Counted from the first letter of the stretch, positions 20,317-30,633 are shown. The stretch is DNA of 64,000 nt from Tepidisphaera sp. (GCA_050916045.1 CP051526.1:3200001-3264000), one strand, 5' to 3'. Notes: a model not told the origin generated them from the sequence alone. Made by a program: numbers and translations.

Positions 20317-21987
20317 ATGCCCTCCGACGCGCCGCTTCCATCCCCGACGCCCACTCCTCCCGCCGGCCCGGACCTCGGGGGCGCCCTCGCGGGCGCGATC
20401 CGCGTGGTCTTCGGGTTCACGCTTCTGTCGCGTTTCGCCGGCCTGGCCCGCGAGGTGCTGACGGCCCGCGTGCTCGGCGACACGATCTACGGGTCGGCGT
20501 TCGCGGCGGCGTTCATCGTGCCGAACCTTTTCCGGCGGCTTTTCGGCGAAGGGGCGCTTTCGGCGGCCTTTCTTCCCGAGTACACGCGTCTGAGCAAGTC
20601 CGACCCCGACCTTGCGGCGCGGCTGGCTTCGGTCGTCGTCGCGGCCCTGACCTTGGTGACCGGGACGCTCACGCTGATCCTGATGGGAATCCTGCTCGGA
20701 TGCCTGTGGGGCGGCGTGGGTGGGCCCGACTCGGCGCTTTCGATCAAGCTCACGATGGTGATGCTCCCGATGATGCCGATGGTGTGCATCACGGCGATCC
20801 TGGGCGGCATGCTCCAGTCGCACGGACGCTTCGCCGCGCCCGCGGCCGCTCCCATCCTCCTCAATGTGTTCATGATCGCGGGTGCGCTCACGCACTTCTT
20901 CCTCCCCGCATCAACGGTCGACCTCGCCCGCGAGCAAGCGGCGTACTGGATCGCGATCGGTGCGGTCGTCGCGAGCGTCGCGCAGATCGTCTGGTCGCTC
21001 GTGGCTCTGCGCCCTGTCGTCCGCTGGACGAGGGTCGTTTCGGGCGTGTCGGAGTCCTCCCGCACGGTGCTTCGCCGGTTCGGCCCGGTCGCGATCGGCC
21101 TTGGGGCGTTGCAGCTTTCGACGCTCGCCGATCAGGTGATCGCGATGTGGCCGATCTGGGTCGGGCCCACGATGTTCGGGCATCCGGTGCCTCTGGACGA
21201 GTCCTCCAACGCGATTCTGAGCAACACAAGCCGGTTCTATCAGTTCCCCCTCGGGGTTTTCGGGTTGGCGGTGGCGACAGCGGTCTTTCCCCTGCTTTCG
21301 CGGACGGCGGACAACCCGGCGCAGTTCGGCGACATGCTCCGCCGCGGCATCCGCGTGAGCTTGCTGATCGGGCTGCCCGCATCGATCGGCTTGTGGGCGG
21401 TCGCACCGGACCTGACGGCGGTGATGCTCGAGGGGGGATCGCTCGCGTTCTCGGCCGAGGGCGTGGATCGTGCGGCGGCGGTGCTTGTCGGCTTTGCCCC
21501 GGCGGTGTGGGCTTTCTCGCTGAACAACGTGCTCACGCGGGCTTTCTACGCCCGAGGCGATACGCGGACGCCGATGACGATCTCGCTGATCTCGGTCGCG
21601 GTCAGCCTGGGGCTGAACTTCGCGCTGATCTGGCCGCTTCGCGAAGCCGGGCTCGCGTGGGCCACGGCGATCTCGGGCGGGGTTCAGTTTCTGCTTCTGG
21701 TCTCGGCGCTCAAGCGGCGCGGGCTCCGGGTCTTTGATGCGCCGACCTTCAGGGGCTGCTTGCGCATCGCGATGGCCGCGGCGGGGATGACGATCGCGCT
21801 GGTCGCGCTCCGGATGGTCCTGCCAAGCCCGGCGACCTGGAGCGAGCACGCGGGCCGGCTCGCGGCGCTGGTCGCGGCGGGCGCGGGTTCGTTCGGTGTG
21901 CTCGCCCTGCTGGCCCGGCTGCCGGAGCTGCGCTGGCTTGCGGCCAAAGCACCGCCGGGCGGGGTCGGCGCGGCCTTCATGGAATAG
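20317..21987 (+). CDS. murJ: Lipid II flippase MurJ (MviN)
   Basis: SRFAGLARE, PNLFRRLFGEGALSAAF, QFPLGVFG, FYARGDTRTP. Confidence 0.93.
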   Translation: MPSDAPLPSPTPTPPAGPDLGGALAGAIRVVFGFTLLSRFAGLAREVLTARVLGDTIYGSAFAAAFIVPNLFRRLFGEGALSAAFLPEYTRLSKSDPDLAARLASVVVAALTLVTGTLTLILMGILLGCLWGGVGGPDSALSIKLTMVMLPMMPMVCITAILGGMLQSHGRFAAPAAAPILLNVFMIAGALTHFFLPASTVDLAREQAAYWIAIGAVVASVAQIVWSLVALRPVVRWTRVVSGVSESSRTVLRRFGPVAIGLGALQLSTLADQVIAMWPIWVGPTMFGHPVPLDESSNAILSNTSRFYQFPLGVFGLAVATAVFPLLSRTADNPAQFGDMLRRGIRVSLLIGLPASIGLWAVAPDLTAVMLEGGSLAFSAEGVDRAAAVLVGFAPAVWAFSLNNVLTRAFYARGDTRTPMTISLISVAVSLGLNFALIWPLREAGLAWATAISGGVQFLLLVSALKRRGLRVFDAPTFRGCLRIAMAAAGMTIALVALRMVLPSPATWSEHAGRLAALVAAGAGSFGVLALLARLPELRWLAAKAPPGGVGAAFME

Positions 21988-22480
21988 GGGCGGGGTCCCG
22001 AGCTTCGAGGTGATCGAGGAACCCTCGGCACGATGCGACGATCATCTCGTACATCTTCGCGAATCCCTCCTGCCCGCCGTAGTACGGATCCGGAACCTCC
22101 CACGCCGATTCGTCCAGCCCCGTGAGAGCCGGATCAAACTCGCGCAGAAGCCGCACACGCTCGCGCGGAAGCCCCATCCGCCCCAAGGCACGCACGTTCG
22201 CGCGGTCCATGGCGAGAATCCACGTGAACCGTTCGGCGTCGGCGGCCGCGTCGAACTGTCGGGCCACGTGCTCGAGCCGCTCGCCGCGTTGAGCCATTTC
22301 CGCGAGCGTGCGCGGATCCGCTCCGCCGCCCACGTGCCACGAGCCTGTTCCGCACGAATCAACCCAGAGCTTTCCGTCAAGCCCTCGCTCGGAGATCATC
22401 CGAGCCAGCACGCCCTTGGCCATGGGCGAGCGGCAGATGTTGCCAAGGCACACCATCAACACCCCTGTCCGGGCCGTCAT
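21977..22480 (-). CDS. Low-molecular-weight protein tyrosine phosphatase
   Basis: P-loop VCLGNICRS, VPDPYYGG. Confidence 0.93.
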   Translation of the reverse strand: MTARTGVLMVCLGNICRSPMAKGVLARMISERGLDGKLWVDSCGTGSWHVGGGADPRTLAEMAQRGERLEHVARQFDAAADAERFTWILAMDRANVRALGRMGLPRERVRLLREFDPALTGLDESAWEVPDPYYGGQEGFAKMYEMIVASCRGFLDHLEARDPAPIP

Positions 22481-23367
22481 CGCGTCGCCTCCTCCGGGAT
22501 CTTCGAGAGCAGCATGGCCATGGCTTTGCCGAGCTCCGATCGTCCCCACGCGGGAAGACTCACCGTGCCCTCTTCACCCGGGCCGACGATCGTGGGAATG
22601 CCGCGAGCCCGCGCGACCCGCATCCACCACACGCGAGCGTGCGCCAGCGGCGAAGGCAGCGGGGCCGTGGGCATCATCATCGCGGCATCGACGCCGCAGA
22701 TCAGTTCCATCGGGGTGGCGCGAACCTCGGCGAGTTCGGCGGGCTTGCCAAGGCCGGCGACGAATCCGCGGGCGCGGTCCGAGTCGCCCGCGCCCTGCGG
22801 CACGACGAGGACGCCGCGGCGGCCCCGCCGCTCGAACAACCCCGCGCCGTCCGCGAGCGCGATGCCGTACATCGCGAGGAACGCATCGCAGCGTCCCGGC
22901 GGATCCGCCGGAGCACCGACCAGAAACACCGCGTCCGGATCAAAGCCGAGGCCCGCGCAGAGGGCCGACCGCGCGCGCGAACGGTCCGAGAGGAGCGCCT
23001 CGGCCTGGTCCCACCGCGACCCGGAGGTCATGTCCGTCAGCGGAAGATCAAGACCGACCGCGGCCGCCATCGCGCCGGGGGTCCAGACCACCGCACCGGC
23101 GAAGGGAGCGTGCGCCGCGAGATCGGCGACGACCCTTCGGATGGAACGCTGCGAAAGACCGTGGAGGCCAAGCGGGGCCGACCAGGAGCGCGCGATCGGC
23201 ACGCCGGCCGCTCGCAGACGCTCGACGGCTGGCGCCGGACCGAGGGCGATCGCAAGATCGAGGGGCCGCTGCCGCATCCAAGCGGCGCAGCAGAACGCCG
23301 CGGCGTCCGTCGCGGACTCGTTCCGCACGCCTTCCCACCAGCCCTCGATGAGGTGAACCGCTCGCAC
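22477..23367 (-). CDS. Hypothetical protein, possibly a degenerate glycosyltransferase fold
   Basis: Fills the gap and overlaps the LMW-PTP start by 4 bp; no diagnostic motif. Confidence 0.55.
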   Translation of the reverse strand: MRAVHLIEGWWEGVRNESATDAAAFCCAAWMRQRPLDLAIALGPAPAVERLRAAGVPIARSWSAPLGLHGLSQRSIRRVVADLAAHAPFAGAVVWTPGAMAAAVGLDLPLTDMTSGSRWDQAEALLSDRSRARSALCAGLGFDPDAVFLVGAPADPPGRCDAFLAMYGIALADGAGLFERRGRRGVLVVPQGAGDSDRARGFVAGLGKPAELAEVRATPMELICGVDAAMMMPTAPLPSPLAHARVWWMRVARARGIPTIVGPGEEGTVSLPAWGRSELGKAMAMLLSKIPEEATR

Positions 23368-23474
23368 GATGAACCATACCCGATCCGCCGGGAGCGGGCG
23401 AACGGGAGGAGCTTGGGTGTGGTGCTGGGGAGGAGCTTGGGGAGCGGGCTACAGACGCTCCGGACCGGGACGGG

Positions 23475-24167
23475 CTAGTCGTTGAAGGGCCCTTCGGGCT
23501 TCTTGAGCTCGTCCTTGCCCGCGGAATTGGTGCCCTCGTGGGTGTAGAAGAGCTGAGCGACGGCTTTGCCGAGTTCGGCGCCGAGCAAGCGGCTTGACTC
23601 CAGCCGCGCGCCGACGGTGGCCGGAGCCTGGGTCGCTTGCGGGTTGGGGGAGAGGCGGACCTGATGCCCGCGTTCATCCGCGGGCCAGATCCGCTTGTTG
23701 CTCTTGACGTCCATCACCTTGACGCGAGCGTACGCGAAGGGGCTGTACGTCTGGCCGTCCGGGGAGAGGCCAAAGTCCTCGACGACGATGTAGATCAGCA
23801 CGTCTGCTTTGACCGCTTGGCCGATCTCCACGATCGAGAGGCTAATGCCCGTGCGGTCGCTGGAGGAAGCCTGCATCGCGGCGCGATAATCGATCACGTC
23901 CGTGAGGCAATCTTCGCGGAGGAGGTACTTTTCCGCTGAGGCGGCGATCTCGCCGCGCACCGCGCGGGACGGCAGCCGGCTGTTCACATCGTCCACGAAG
24001 ACGACCGTCGCTTTCTGGGGGTCAAGCGTGTGCACCGCGTTGACCTTGCCCGGGCCGTGCACGATGTACGCGATGGGGCCGAGGACGTTGCAGCCGTGCA
24101 TCGCCGCGCCCGCGGCGATCAAGCCCGCCGCGCCCGCCACTTTCGTCAAGCTCAAGATCCGATTCAT
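23475..24167 (-). CDS. Putative lipoprotein, CsgG/LpoB-like alpha/beta fold
   Basis: Signal ending MHGC; IGQAVKADVLI segment; start MNRILS. Confidence 0.7.
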   Translation of the reverse strand: MNRILSLTKVAGAAGLIAAGAAMHGCNVLGPIAYIVHGPGKVNAVHTLDPQKATVVFVDDVNSRLPSRAVRGEIAASAEKYLLREDCLTDVIDYRAAMQASSSDRTGISLSIVEIGQAVKADVLIYIVVEDFGLSPDGQTYSPFAYARVKVMDVKSNKRIWPADERGHQVRLSPNPQATQAPATVGARLESSRLLGAELGKAVAQLFYTHEGTNSAGKDELKKPEGPFND

Positions 24168-24223
24168 GCCCGGTGCTCCGATCGTGTGCGGCGGATCGCG
24201 GTTTCCCGCGGCCGCGTGCGGGG

Positions 24224-24904
24224 TCAATACTTCGCGTAGTACGGTTCTTCGTGCGTGTAGAACGCCCACGTCGTGCGGTCCACGAATCGCCGGATGAGCT
24301 CGGTGCTCACGACGTCGCCCGCGATCGCGTCGGGCCCTGCGCCCTTCGTGTCCGGGAATCGAACCGTCACCGCTTTGCGGAACGCGAACTCGTTGGGAAC
24401 CGGGCCCGTCAGGTCGAAGACGCCGAGCGTCCCGGCTGCTTCCCCGTCCCACGTGTACATGTTGCCGGGATCGTGCAAGCGGAAGTCGTCAAGCTCCACC
24501 ACGATCACACAGTCCACGCCGCCCAGACCCTTTCCAAGCTCCTCGGCGGACTTTGCGATCCACCCGGGGTTGTTCGCTGAGAAGGCCAGGCACTCGCGGA
24601 TGTCGGTGTACCCCGTCACGCCCGTGTCGTGCGCCGGATCGGCGAGCCGCTCCGTCACCCGCGCGATCAGGTAGAACTCCATCTGCGGGAACCGCGTGTG
24701 GAGCGAGGGATCCATCGCCACAAGCACGCCGATGGTCTTGCCCTTGAGACCGTCCCACTCCGGCGGCACCGTCTTCGTGCTGCTCCGCAGGTATGACTCG
24801 GTCATGCCCGACACAAGCTGACAGCCGCCGCACGACGCCGCCGCCGCAAGCAGAAGCGCGATGCCGACCCGAAACGCTTTGTTGGTGCCATTCATGGAGG
24901 TCAT
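24224..24904 (-). CDS. Putative lipoprotein, similar layout to its neighbour
   Basis: Signal ending CGGC; ELGKGLGGVDCVIVVELDDF segment. Confidence 0.7.
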   Translation of the reverse strand: MTSMNGTNKAFRVGIALLLAAAASCGGCQLVSGMTESYLRSSTKTVPPEWDGLKGKTIGVLVAMDPSLHTRFPQMEFYLIARVTERLADPAHDTGVTGYTDIRECLAFSANNPGWIAKSAEELGKGLGGVDCVIVVELDDFRLHDPGNMYTWDGEAAGTLGVFDLTGPVPNEFAFRKAVTVRFPDTKGAGPDAIAGDVVSTELIRRFVDRTTWAFYTHEEPYYAKY

Positions 24905-24958
24905 TCTGGGTTCTCGTTTGGTTCGGGCAGAGGTTCGTCGCCGGACCGGACTGGTAGG

Positions 24959-25432
24959 TTACCCGGGCCGGAAGGTCAGCATCATGTATCCCCACCCCGC
25001 CAAGACCAACATCACCAAGCCGATCGCGTGCCGGCCCCTGATCCCCGCCACCATCTTCGGAGCCACACGCGACCCCGTCACCGCCGTGTGAAGCCCGATC
25101 CAGAACAGCACCGCGGCAAGCACCGCCAGCACCGTCCCCGCCGGCTGCGCCACCAGCGCCAGATCCAGCCGCCCATGGGCCGCGTGCGTGAACGCCGTCG
25201 TCATCCCGCACGTCGGACACGGCTTGCCGTACGCCACCACCCACCCGCACGGCGGCAATCCGAGCTGCGTATGGGTCCCGTGGCCCGCCGGATCAGGGGA
25301 AAGGGTCGCGCCGACCGCCAGCGGAGCCAAAGCCGCCGCCGCCATGAAGCCGGACCACACCCGTTCGGGCCCCGACGCCCGACGGTTCCGCTCTTTTGCC
25401 AAAGGTGGGACCGCCACCGACGCCACAGCCAT
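24959..25432 (-). CDS. DUF2752-like membrane protein
   Basis: GHGTHTQLGLPPC...PCPTCGMTTAF motif with flanking TM helices. Confidence 0.8.
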   Translation of the reverse strand: MAVASVAVPPLAKERNRRASGPERVWSGFMAAAALAPLAVGATLSPDPAGHGTHTQLGLPPCGWVVAYGKPCPTCGMTTAFTHAAHGRLDLALVAQPAGTVLAVLAAVLFWIGLHTAVTGSRVAPKMVAGIRGRHAIGLVMLVLAGWGYMMLTFRPG

Positions 25433-25464
25433 CCGGGAAGTCTATGCGCCGGCCGCCCGCGTCC

Positions 25465-27243
25465 CTACGCCGTCCGTCGGACCTGCTCCTGCACGACCTG
25501 AAGCCCGCCCGGGCCGTCGACATCCGCCGTCCGGGCACGCTCGGCCAGCCGGTGCACCTCGCCGACGCTTCCGACCCGCGAGAACACCCCCGGGAGCAGA
25601 ATCGCCCGAAGCGTCGGCCCGTCCACCGCCGACCGGTCGCTCGCGCACCCGAACCCGCTCCCCGCGTCGGACCGCACGTACTCGGCGACGAGGCGTTCCA
25701 GCGGTTCGCGGAGCCGACCGCCGGGACCCGTGATGACGAACCGATCGTCGCCGAGGTGGCCGACGAACACCGTACCACCCACCTCGCCCGTCGGCACCAT
25801 CGTCCTCTTGATCATCCCGGCAAGACGCTTGAGCAGGTCATCGCCGAGATCAAAGCCCATCCGGCGGTTGAACTCGGAGAATCGCTTGAGATCGATCATC
25901 GCCGCGTCGTAGACGGCGTGCCCCCCGTGCTCGGCGAGCTTGATCAGGGCCATCATGTGCTCATCGGCTTTGGCCCGAGACGGAAGCCCCGTGACCGGTG
26001 AGATCCGGTGGGCCACCTCGGAGACGACCGTCGCGGCGGCGGAAAGCAGATCCCCCACCGTCACGATCCCCGCGACCATCCCGCCGGTGGCGAGGATGAG
26101 CGGATCCGACCCGACCGCATCCACACGCGACGCCGCCGCTTCGAGAGCTTCCGCGACCGGCATCTCGGGATCAATGATGACGGTCTCGCGGGAGGCAACG
26201 GCTTCCACGGGCATGAACGACCGGTGGTCGCCCGCCGCTCGCAGAATCGCATCGCGCCCGCACCATCCCACGACCCGCCCCGGCTCGGTCAGCACGAACC
26301 CAGGCACCGAACGCTCACGGAGGAGCTGCGTCGCCGCGACCGACACCAGCGTCGAAGCCGAAAGCTCCGTCGACCGACGGGCGAACCTCGAAAGCGGCAC
26401 GCGACGCGGATCGCTCAGCGACCCGGCCGCGAGCTGCGCCCGCCGCTCACCAAGCCACGCTCGCACATCGGGCTCGATCCCGCGATCCACACCCCCCGGG
26501 CGCGCGAGATGAAACCCCTGTGCGTACACCACGCCCAAGTCCATGAGCGCCGCGAGTTCATCCCGCCGCTCTACCCCTTCCGCCAGCACGTTGACCCCGC
26601 TCAGACGGCCGAAGCTCACGAGGAACTTGACCATGTTGCGCTTGGCGCGGTCCGCGTCGATTCCCGTGATCAGATCACGATCCAGCTTGATCCAGTTCGG
26701 CCGGATCGCCATGATCCGGTTCAGCCCGCTCGTCCCCGCGCCCACGTCGTCCGCCGCGATCTCAAAGCCCAGGCTCCGAAGCTCTTCCGTCCGCGTCACG
26801 ATCACGTCCGTGTACGAGCTCTCGGACCGCTCCGTCACCTCGACCACGATCCGCGTCGGCGACAGGCCCGGCACCCGCGAGATCGACTTCATCAGGTCAT
26901 CCACCAGCCGGTCATCTGCGATCACCGCGGGGGACGTGTTGACGAAAAGCCTCGCCCCGTCCGGCACGCTCGCGAAACCCTCGATCGCGACATCCCGAGT
27001 GACCTTCTCCCCCTCCCACACCAACCCCACCCGCTCGATCTCGTCGAAAAGCTCGCCGGCGTGGCGGTACCCGGACTCCGCCATCGGCCGCGCCAACGCT
27101 TCCCGGCCCGCCACCTCGAGCCGCTGAAGATCCACGATCGGCTGGTACGCGGACGCGACAAGCCGCCCCTCGATGAGACGCCTTACGCGCTCGAGCGCCT
27201 TCGCATCAACCAAAGATTCATCCTGGCCGTGTCGCAAACGCAT
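25465..27243 (-). CDS. EAL-CBS-GGDEF protein; probable c-di-GMP phosphodiesterase with degenerate GGDEF
   Basis: YQPIVD, REALAR, EVTE, DDVGAG, IKLD, AEGVE, AQGF; CBS pair; SPVTGLP...GHLGDDRF. Confidence 0.88.
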   Translation of the reverse strand: MRLRHGQDESLVDAKALERVRRLIEGRLVASAYQPIVDLQRLEVAGREALARPMAESGYRHAGELFDEIERVGLVWEGEKVTRDVAIEGFASVPDGARLFVNTSPAVIADDRLVDDLMKSISRVPGLSPTRIVVEVTERSESSYTDVIVTRTEELRSLGFEIAADDVGAGTSGLNRIMAIRPNWIKLDRDLITGIDADRAKRNMVKFLVSFGRLSGVNVLAEGVERRDELAALMDLGVVYAQGFHLARPGGVDRGIEPDVRAWLGERRAQLAAGSLSDPRRVPLSRFARRSTELSASTLVSVAATQLLRERSVPGFVLTEPGRVVGWCGRDAILRAAGDHRSFMPVEAVASRETVIIDPEMPVAEALEAAASRVDAVGSDPLILATGGMVAGIVTVGDLLSAAATVVSEVAHRISPVTGLPSRAKADEHMMALIKLAEHGGHAVYDAAMIDLKRFSEFNRRMGFDLGDDLLKRLAGMIKRTMVPTGEVGGTVFVGHLGDDRFVITGPGGRLREPLERLVAEYVRSDAGSGFGCASDRSAVDGPTLRAILLPGVFSRVGSVGEVHRLAERARTADVDGPGGLQVVQEQVRRTA

Positions 27244-27459
27244 CCAGAGCCTCTCTCAGTTCTCGGCCCGCGGTCAAACCACGGGCCGCCTGTGAAGAGG
27301 ACATCGGCGACGCTCCGACCGAACTTGCGCACCGGTGAGGTGGACCGGGAGATCACCCCTTCGGCCCGGGGCGAATGCGCGTGAAAGACCGTCTTTGCCG
27401 ACGCGGATCCTCGGCACTCGGACGTTCACCACGATTCGCGGACTCTGGCGGGCCAAAGC

Positions 27460-27870
27460 TCAGTCGAAGTTGAACACGCCCTTGCGACGCCCATACAGGT
27501 ACATCACGATGGTCGTGAACATGAAGAACCCGATACGGCCAAGCCAGATCAGCCCTTCCTCGCTCATCGGGCGAAGGTTCGAGAACGTCGCCGCCCACGG
27601 GAAGAGGAAGATGATCTCGACGTCGAACACGAGGAACGTCATCGCGATCAGGTAGAACCGGACGTTGAACCGCTTGCGGGCCGTCCCGATCGCGTTCATG
27701 CCCGACTCGTACGACGCACCCTTGGTCTTGCCGCCACGCTTGGGGCCAAGCAGCAGCGTGCCCACCAGGTTGATGATGGCGAAATTGATCGCCAGAAGCA
27801 CCATGATGAAGATGGGCAGGTACGACTGGAGGTCGGTGTTGGCGAGCAAGGTGGGGGTGCAGGTGGGCAT
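27460..27870 (-). CDS. nuoA: NADH-quinone oxidoreductase subunit A
   Basis: YESGM, RFNVRFYLIAMTFLVFDVEIIFLFPWA; start position uncertain. Confidence 0.93.
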   Translation of the reverse strand: MPTCTPTLLANTDLQSYLPIFIMVLLAINFAIINLVGTLLLGPKRGGKTKGASYESGMNAIGTARKRFNVRFYLIAMTFLVFDVEIIFLFPWAATFSNLRPMSEEGLIWLGRIGFFMFTTIVMYLYGRRKGVFNFD

Positions 27871-27998
27871 GAAGCGGGATGGTACCCGAGCCAAGACCCC
27901 GCCGCCACCCGAACACATCGGGACCGGCCGCGACCTGAACACGGATTTCACGGTCGATTTTCGGTCCGGTCCAGTACGATCTTCCTGCGGAGGTGTCC

Positions 27999-29705
27999 AT
28001 GCGATCCACGGTGCTCGCCGCGGGGTTCACGCTTTCAACCACCGCGCTCGCCCAGCCCATTCCCTTGACGCAGGTTTTTTCGGCCGCGGCCCCGCCCGGC
28101 GGCGGCCCGGCGATCACAGCCTTCCCCGTCGTCGACGTCAGCCACGACGGGATCGTCGCGATTTCGGACCGCACTTCCTTCCCGAGAAACGTGTACCTCG
28201 CCGAGCCGGGGGCTTCCTTCACGCGGTTCGCCCAGTACGGCTTTCGCGCCATCATGCCCGATGGACGTCCCTTCAATGTGAACTTCGGCGGCGGCTGGGC
28301 GGGCCGTCTGCCCGGCGGCTCCCCGGCGGTCTTCGGGTCGGATCAGGAGATCGGCCTGGCCGGAGCGGTCGTGGGTCAGTCGGTCACGCCGTTCTTCTGG
28401 GCCGACCAGCTCCTGCAGGAACCTCCAACGTCGCTCAGAACCGCGTGGGGGCGTTTCGACAAGCACGCGGTCTCCAACTCGGGCGTCATCGCGGCGGCGA
28501 CTCTGCTTGCCGGGCCGAACGTCACGACCCGCAACGACACGGCGATCTTGCGCTCCACCCCGACCGGCCCCGAAATCGCGTTCCGAAGCGGGAGCGACCC
28601 GCTGAACCGCCCCGGCGTCCGCTTCTCCAACCGTGACTTCTCCCACGACTTCTCGATCAACTCCAGCGGCGTGATCGTCTTGACCGCGTCCCACTTTCGC
28701 AACGACGCTCTCGCCGGGCCCGCGGTGCTTGTCTCGGACAACTCCGGCCTCCGCATCCTCCTCGATCAGGACACGCCGATGCCCGGATTCTCGCCCGAGG
28801 AGCGGCTCGGGAGCGTCTCGGTCTACCTGGGCATCAACTCCCACGGCGATGTGGCGTTCGCGGGTGGAAGCAACCGGGCCGGCGACCCGCCCGGGCGAAC
28901 GGGGATCTTCCGCACCGAGGGCGGCAACCTTGAGCTGATCTACACCATCGGCGACCCGGTCGATGGGCTTCCCGAGAGCAGCATCACGTCCTTCCCGTTC
29001 AACGCGCTCGGGTATGTCTGCGCGATCAACGACCACGGCGACGTGACCTTCAAGGTCCGTCTCTCGGGATCGGGCATCTCCTCTTCGAACGACACCGCGA
29101 TGTGCATTTTCCGGGCAGGCAGTTCGGGCACCGGCGGGCGCATCATGCTCGTCGCGCGCGAGGGCGATGAAGTCCCGGGGAGTTCACGCCGCATCGGGGA
29201 CCTCTCCAGTTTCGATGGCGTGGTGTACCTCAACGCGCGGCGTCAGGTCGTCTTCGCCGCGGGCAACAGCTCGCAGAACCGCACGATGTACGCCTGGTCT
29301 CCTTCTCGGGGCGTGCGGCAGATCGCGGAACCTGGCCAGACCGTGGCTTTCGACGGCGCGGACGCGCCGATCGTGTCAATTCCGGGAGTCACGGGCGAGC
29401 AGCGTGGGAACTACTGGCTGAACGCGACCGGCGGTGCGGATGGTCGCCGCTCCCTGCTCTCAGACGCCGGGGAGGTCTCCTTCTGGGCCACGTTCTCGCA
29501 GGGGCGAGCCGGGCTTTACCGAGCCGAGCTGCCCGCCGAGTGTCTGGCGGATGCGAACGCCGACGGGTTCATCGACGCTTTCGACTACGCCGAGTTCGTG
29601 GGCGCGTTTGAGAGCGGAGACCCGATCGCCGACGCGAACGGCGACGGCTTCCTCGATTTCTTCGACTACGGCCGGTTTGTCGAGGTCTTCGAGGGTGGCT
29701 GCTGA
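27999..29705 (+). CDS. Secreted NxxGxxxF-repeat beta-propeller-like protein with dockerin-like (GC-type) tail
   Basis: Signal peptide; repeats INSSGVIV, INSHGDVAF, INDHGDVTF, LNARRQVVF; tail CLADANADGFIDAFDY...FEGGC. Confidence 0.8.
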   Translation: MRSTVLAAGFTLSTTALAQPIPLTQVFSAAAPPGGGPAITAFPVVDVSHDGIVAISDRTSFPRNVYLAEPGASFTRFAQYGFRAIMPDGRPFNVNFGGGWAGRLPGGSPAVFGSDQEIGLAGAVVGQSVTPFFWADQLLQEPPTSLRTAWGRFDKHAVSNSGVIAAATLLAGPNVTTRNDTAILRSTPTGPEIAFRSGSDPLNRPGVRFSNRDFSHDFSINSSGVIVLTASHFRNDALAGPAVLVSDNSGLRILLDQDTPMPGFSPEERLGSVSVYLGINSHGDVAFAGGSNRAGDPPGRTGIFRTEGGNLELIYTIGDPVDGLPESSITSFPFNALGYVCAINDHGDVTFKVRLSGSGISSSNDTAMCIFRAGSSGTGGRIMLVAREGDEVPGSSRRIGDLSSFDGVVYLNARRQVVFAAGNSSQNRTMYAWSPSRGVRQIAEPGQTVAFDGADAPIVSIPGVTGEQRGNYWLNATGGADGRRSLLSDAGEVSFWATFSQGRAGLYRAELPAECLADANADGFIDAFDYAEFVGAFESGDPIADANGDGFLDFFDYGRFVEVFEGGC

Positions 29706-29713
29706 GTGCCGGT

Positions 29714-29788
29714 CGCGGATTCCCGATCCGCACTCGCTTGCGCGGATTCCCGATCCGCACTCGCTTGCGCGGATTCCCGATCCGCACT
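29714..29788. repeat. Tandem 27-bp hairpin repeat, about 2.8 copies
   Basis: CGCGGATTCCCGATCCGCACTCGCTTG at 29714 and 29741, partial copy at 29768; each contains GCGGAT-N5-ATCCGC. Confidence 0.92.
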
Positions 29789-29802
29789 ATGATGCGGCCT
29801 AG

Positions 29803-30633
29803 ATGTCCAGCTCCTCTCCGGAACATGCTCTGGAATTGTCCGTGGTCGCGCCCGCTCACAACGAGCAGGAGAACGCGGAGAATCTGGTCAACCAGGTGCA
29901 CGCGGCCCTCTCGGCCGTGCCGGGGCTGACGTTCGAGTTCATCATCGTCGATGACGGGTCGACCGACCGCACGCGCGAGATCGTCCGCTCGATGATGCCC
30001 ACGCGGCCGTGGCTCCGCTGCGTGGCGATGACGAGCACGCCGCCGGGCAAGGGCAACGGGCAGTCCGCCGCTTTCAAAGCCGGTTTCGCTGCGTGCCGCG
30101 GCCGCCTCGTCGCGGTGCTTGACGCAGACCTTCAGAACGACCCGGCCGACCTTCCGATGATGCTCCGAACGATGAAGGAGCAGAACGCGGACATGGTGCA
30201 GGGCGACCGCTCGCACGCGCGGCAGGACACGGTGGTGCGGCGCTGGGGCTCGATCGTCGGACGACTGTTCCGCCGGATGATCCTCGGCGACACGGTCCGT
30301 GACACGGGCTGCTCGCTTCGCGTGATGAAGCGCGAGTACGCCGTTCGTCTGCCGCTTGAGTTCCGCGGGATGCACCGGTTCATCCCCGTCAGCGTCGCGC
30401 ACATGGGGGGCAAGGTCGTCGAGGTGCGCGTCAACCACCGCGAACGGGCCGCAGGCACGACCAAGTACGGCTCGGGCCTCAAGCGGGCGATTCCGGGGCT
30501 CATCGACTGCTTTGCCGTCCGATACATGCGCAATCGCCGCAGGCCCACGTCCAGCGTCGAGGTCTCGGCACCCGCGGCCGCCGGCGCCGAGATCAAGCCC
30601 GGCCCCGCTCATCACGCGGAGGCGCTGCGTTGA
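29803..30633 (+). CDS. GT2 glycosyltransferase (DPM1/ArnC-like polyprenol-phosphate glycosyltransferase)
   Basis: VDDGSTD, DADLQNDP, DTGCSL, MHRFIP, GTTKYG. Confidence 0.9.
   Translation: MSSSSPEHALELSVVAPAHNEQENAENLVNQVHAALSAVPGLTFEFIIVDDGSTDRTREIVRSMMPTRPWLRCVAMTSTPPGKGNGQSAAFKAGFAACRGRLVAVLDADLQNDPADLPMMLRTMKEQNADMVQGDRSHARQDTVVRRWGSIVGRLFRRMILGDTVRDTGCSLRVMKREYAVRLPLEFRGMHRFIPVSVAHMGGKVVEVRVNHRERAAGTTKYGSGLKRAIPGLIDCFAVRYMRNRRRPTSSVEVSAPAAAGAEIKPGPAHHAEALR

Noticed and set aside
29714..29788. Possible mini CRISPR array
   Set aside because: The sequences between hairpins are short and identical, so there are no unique spacers; no cas genes in the window.
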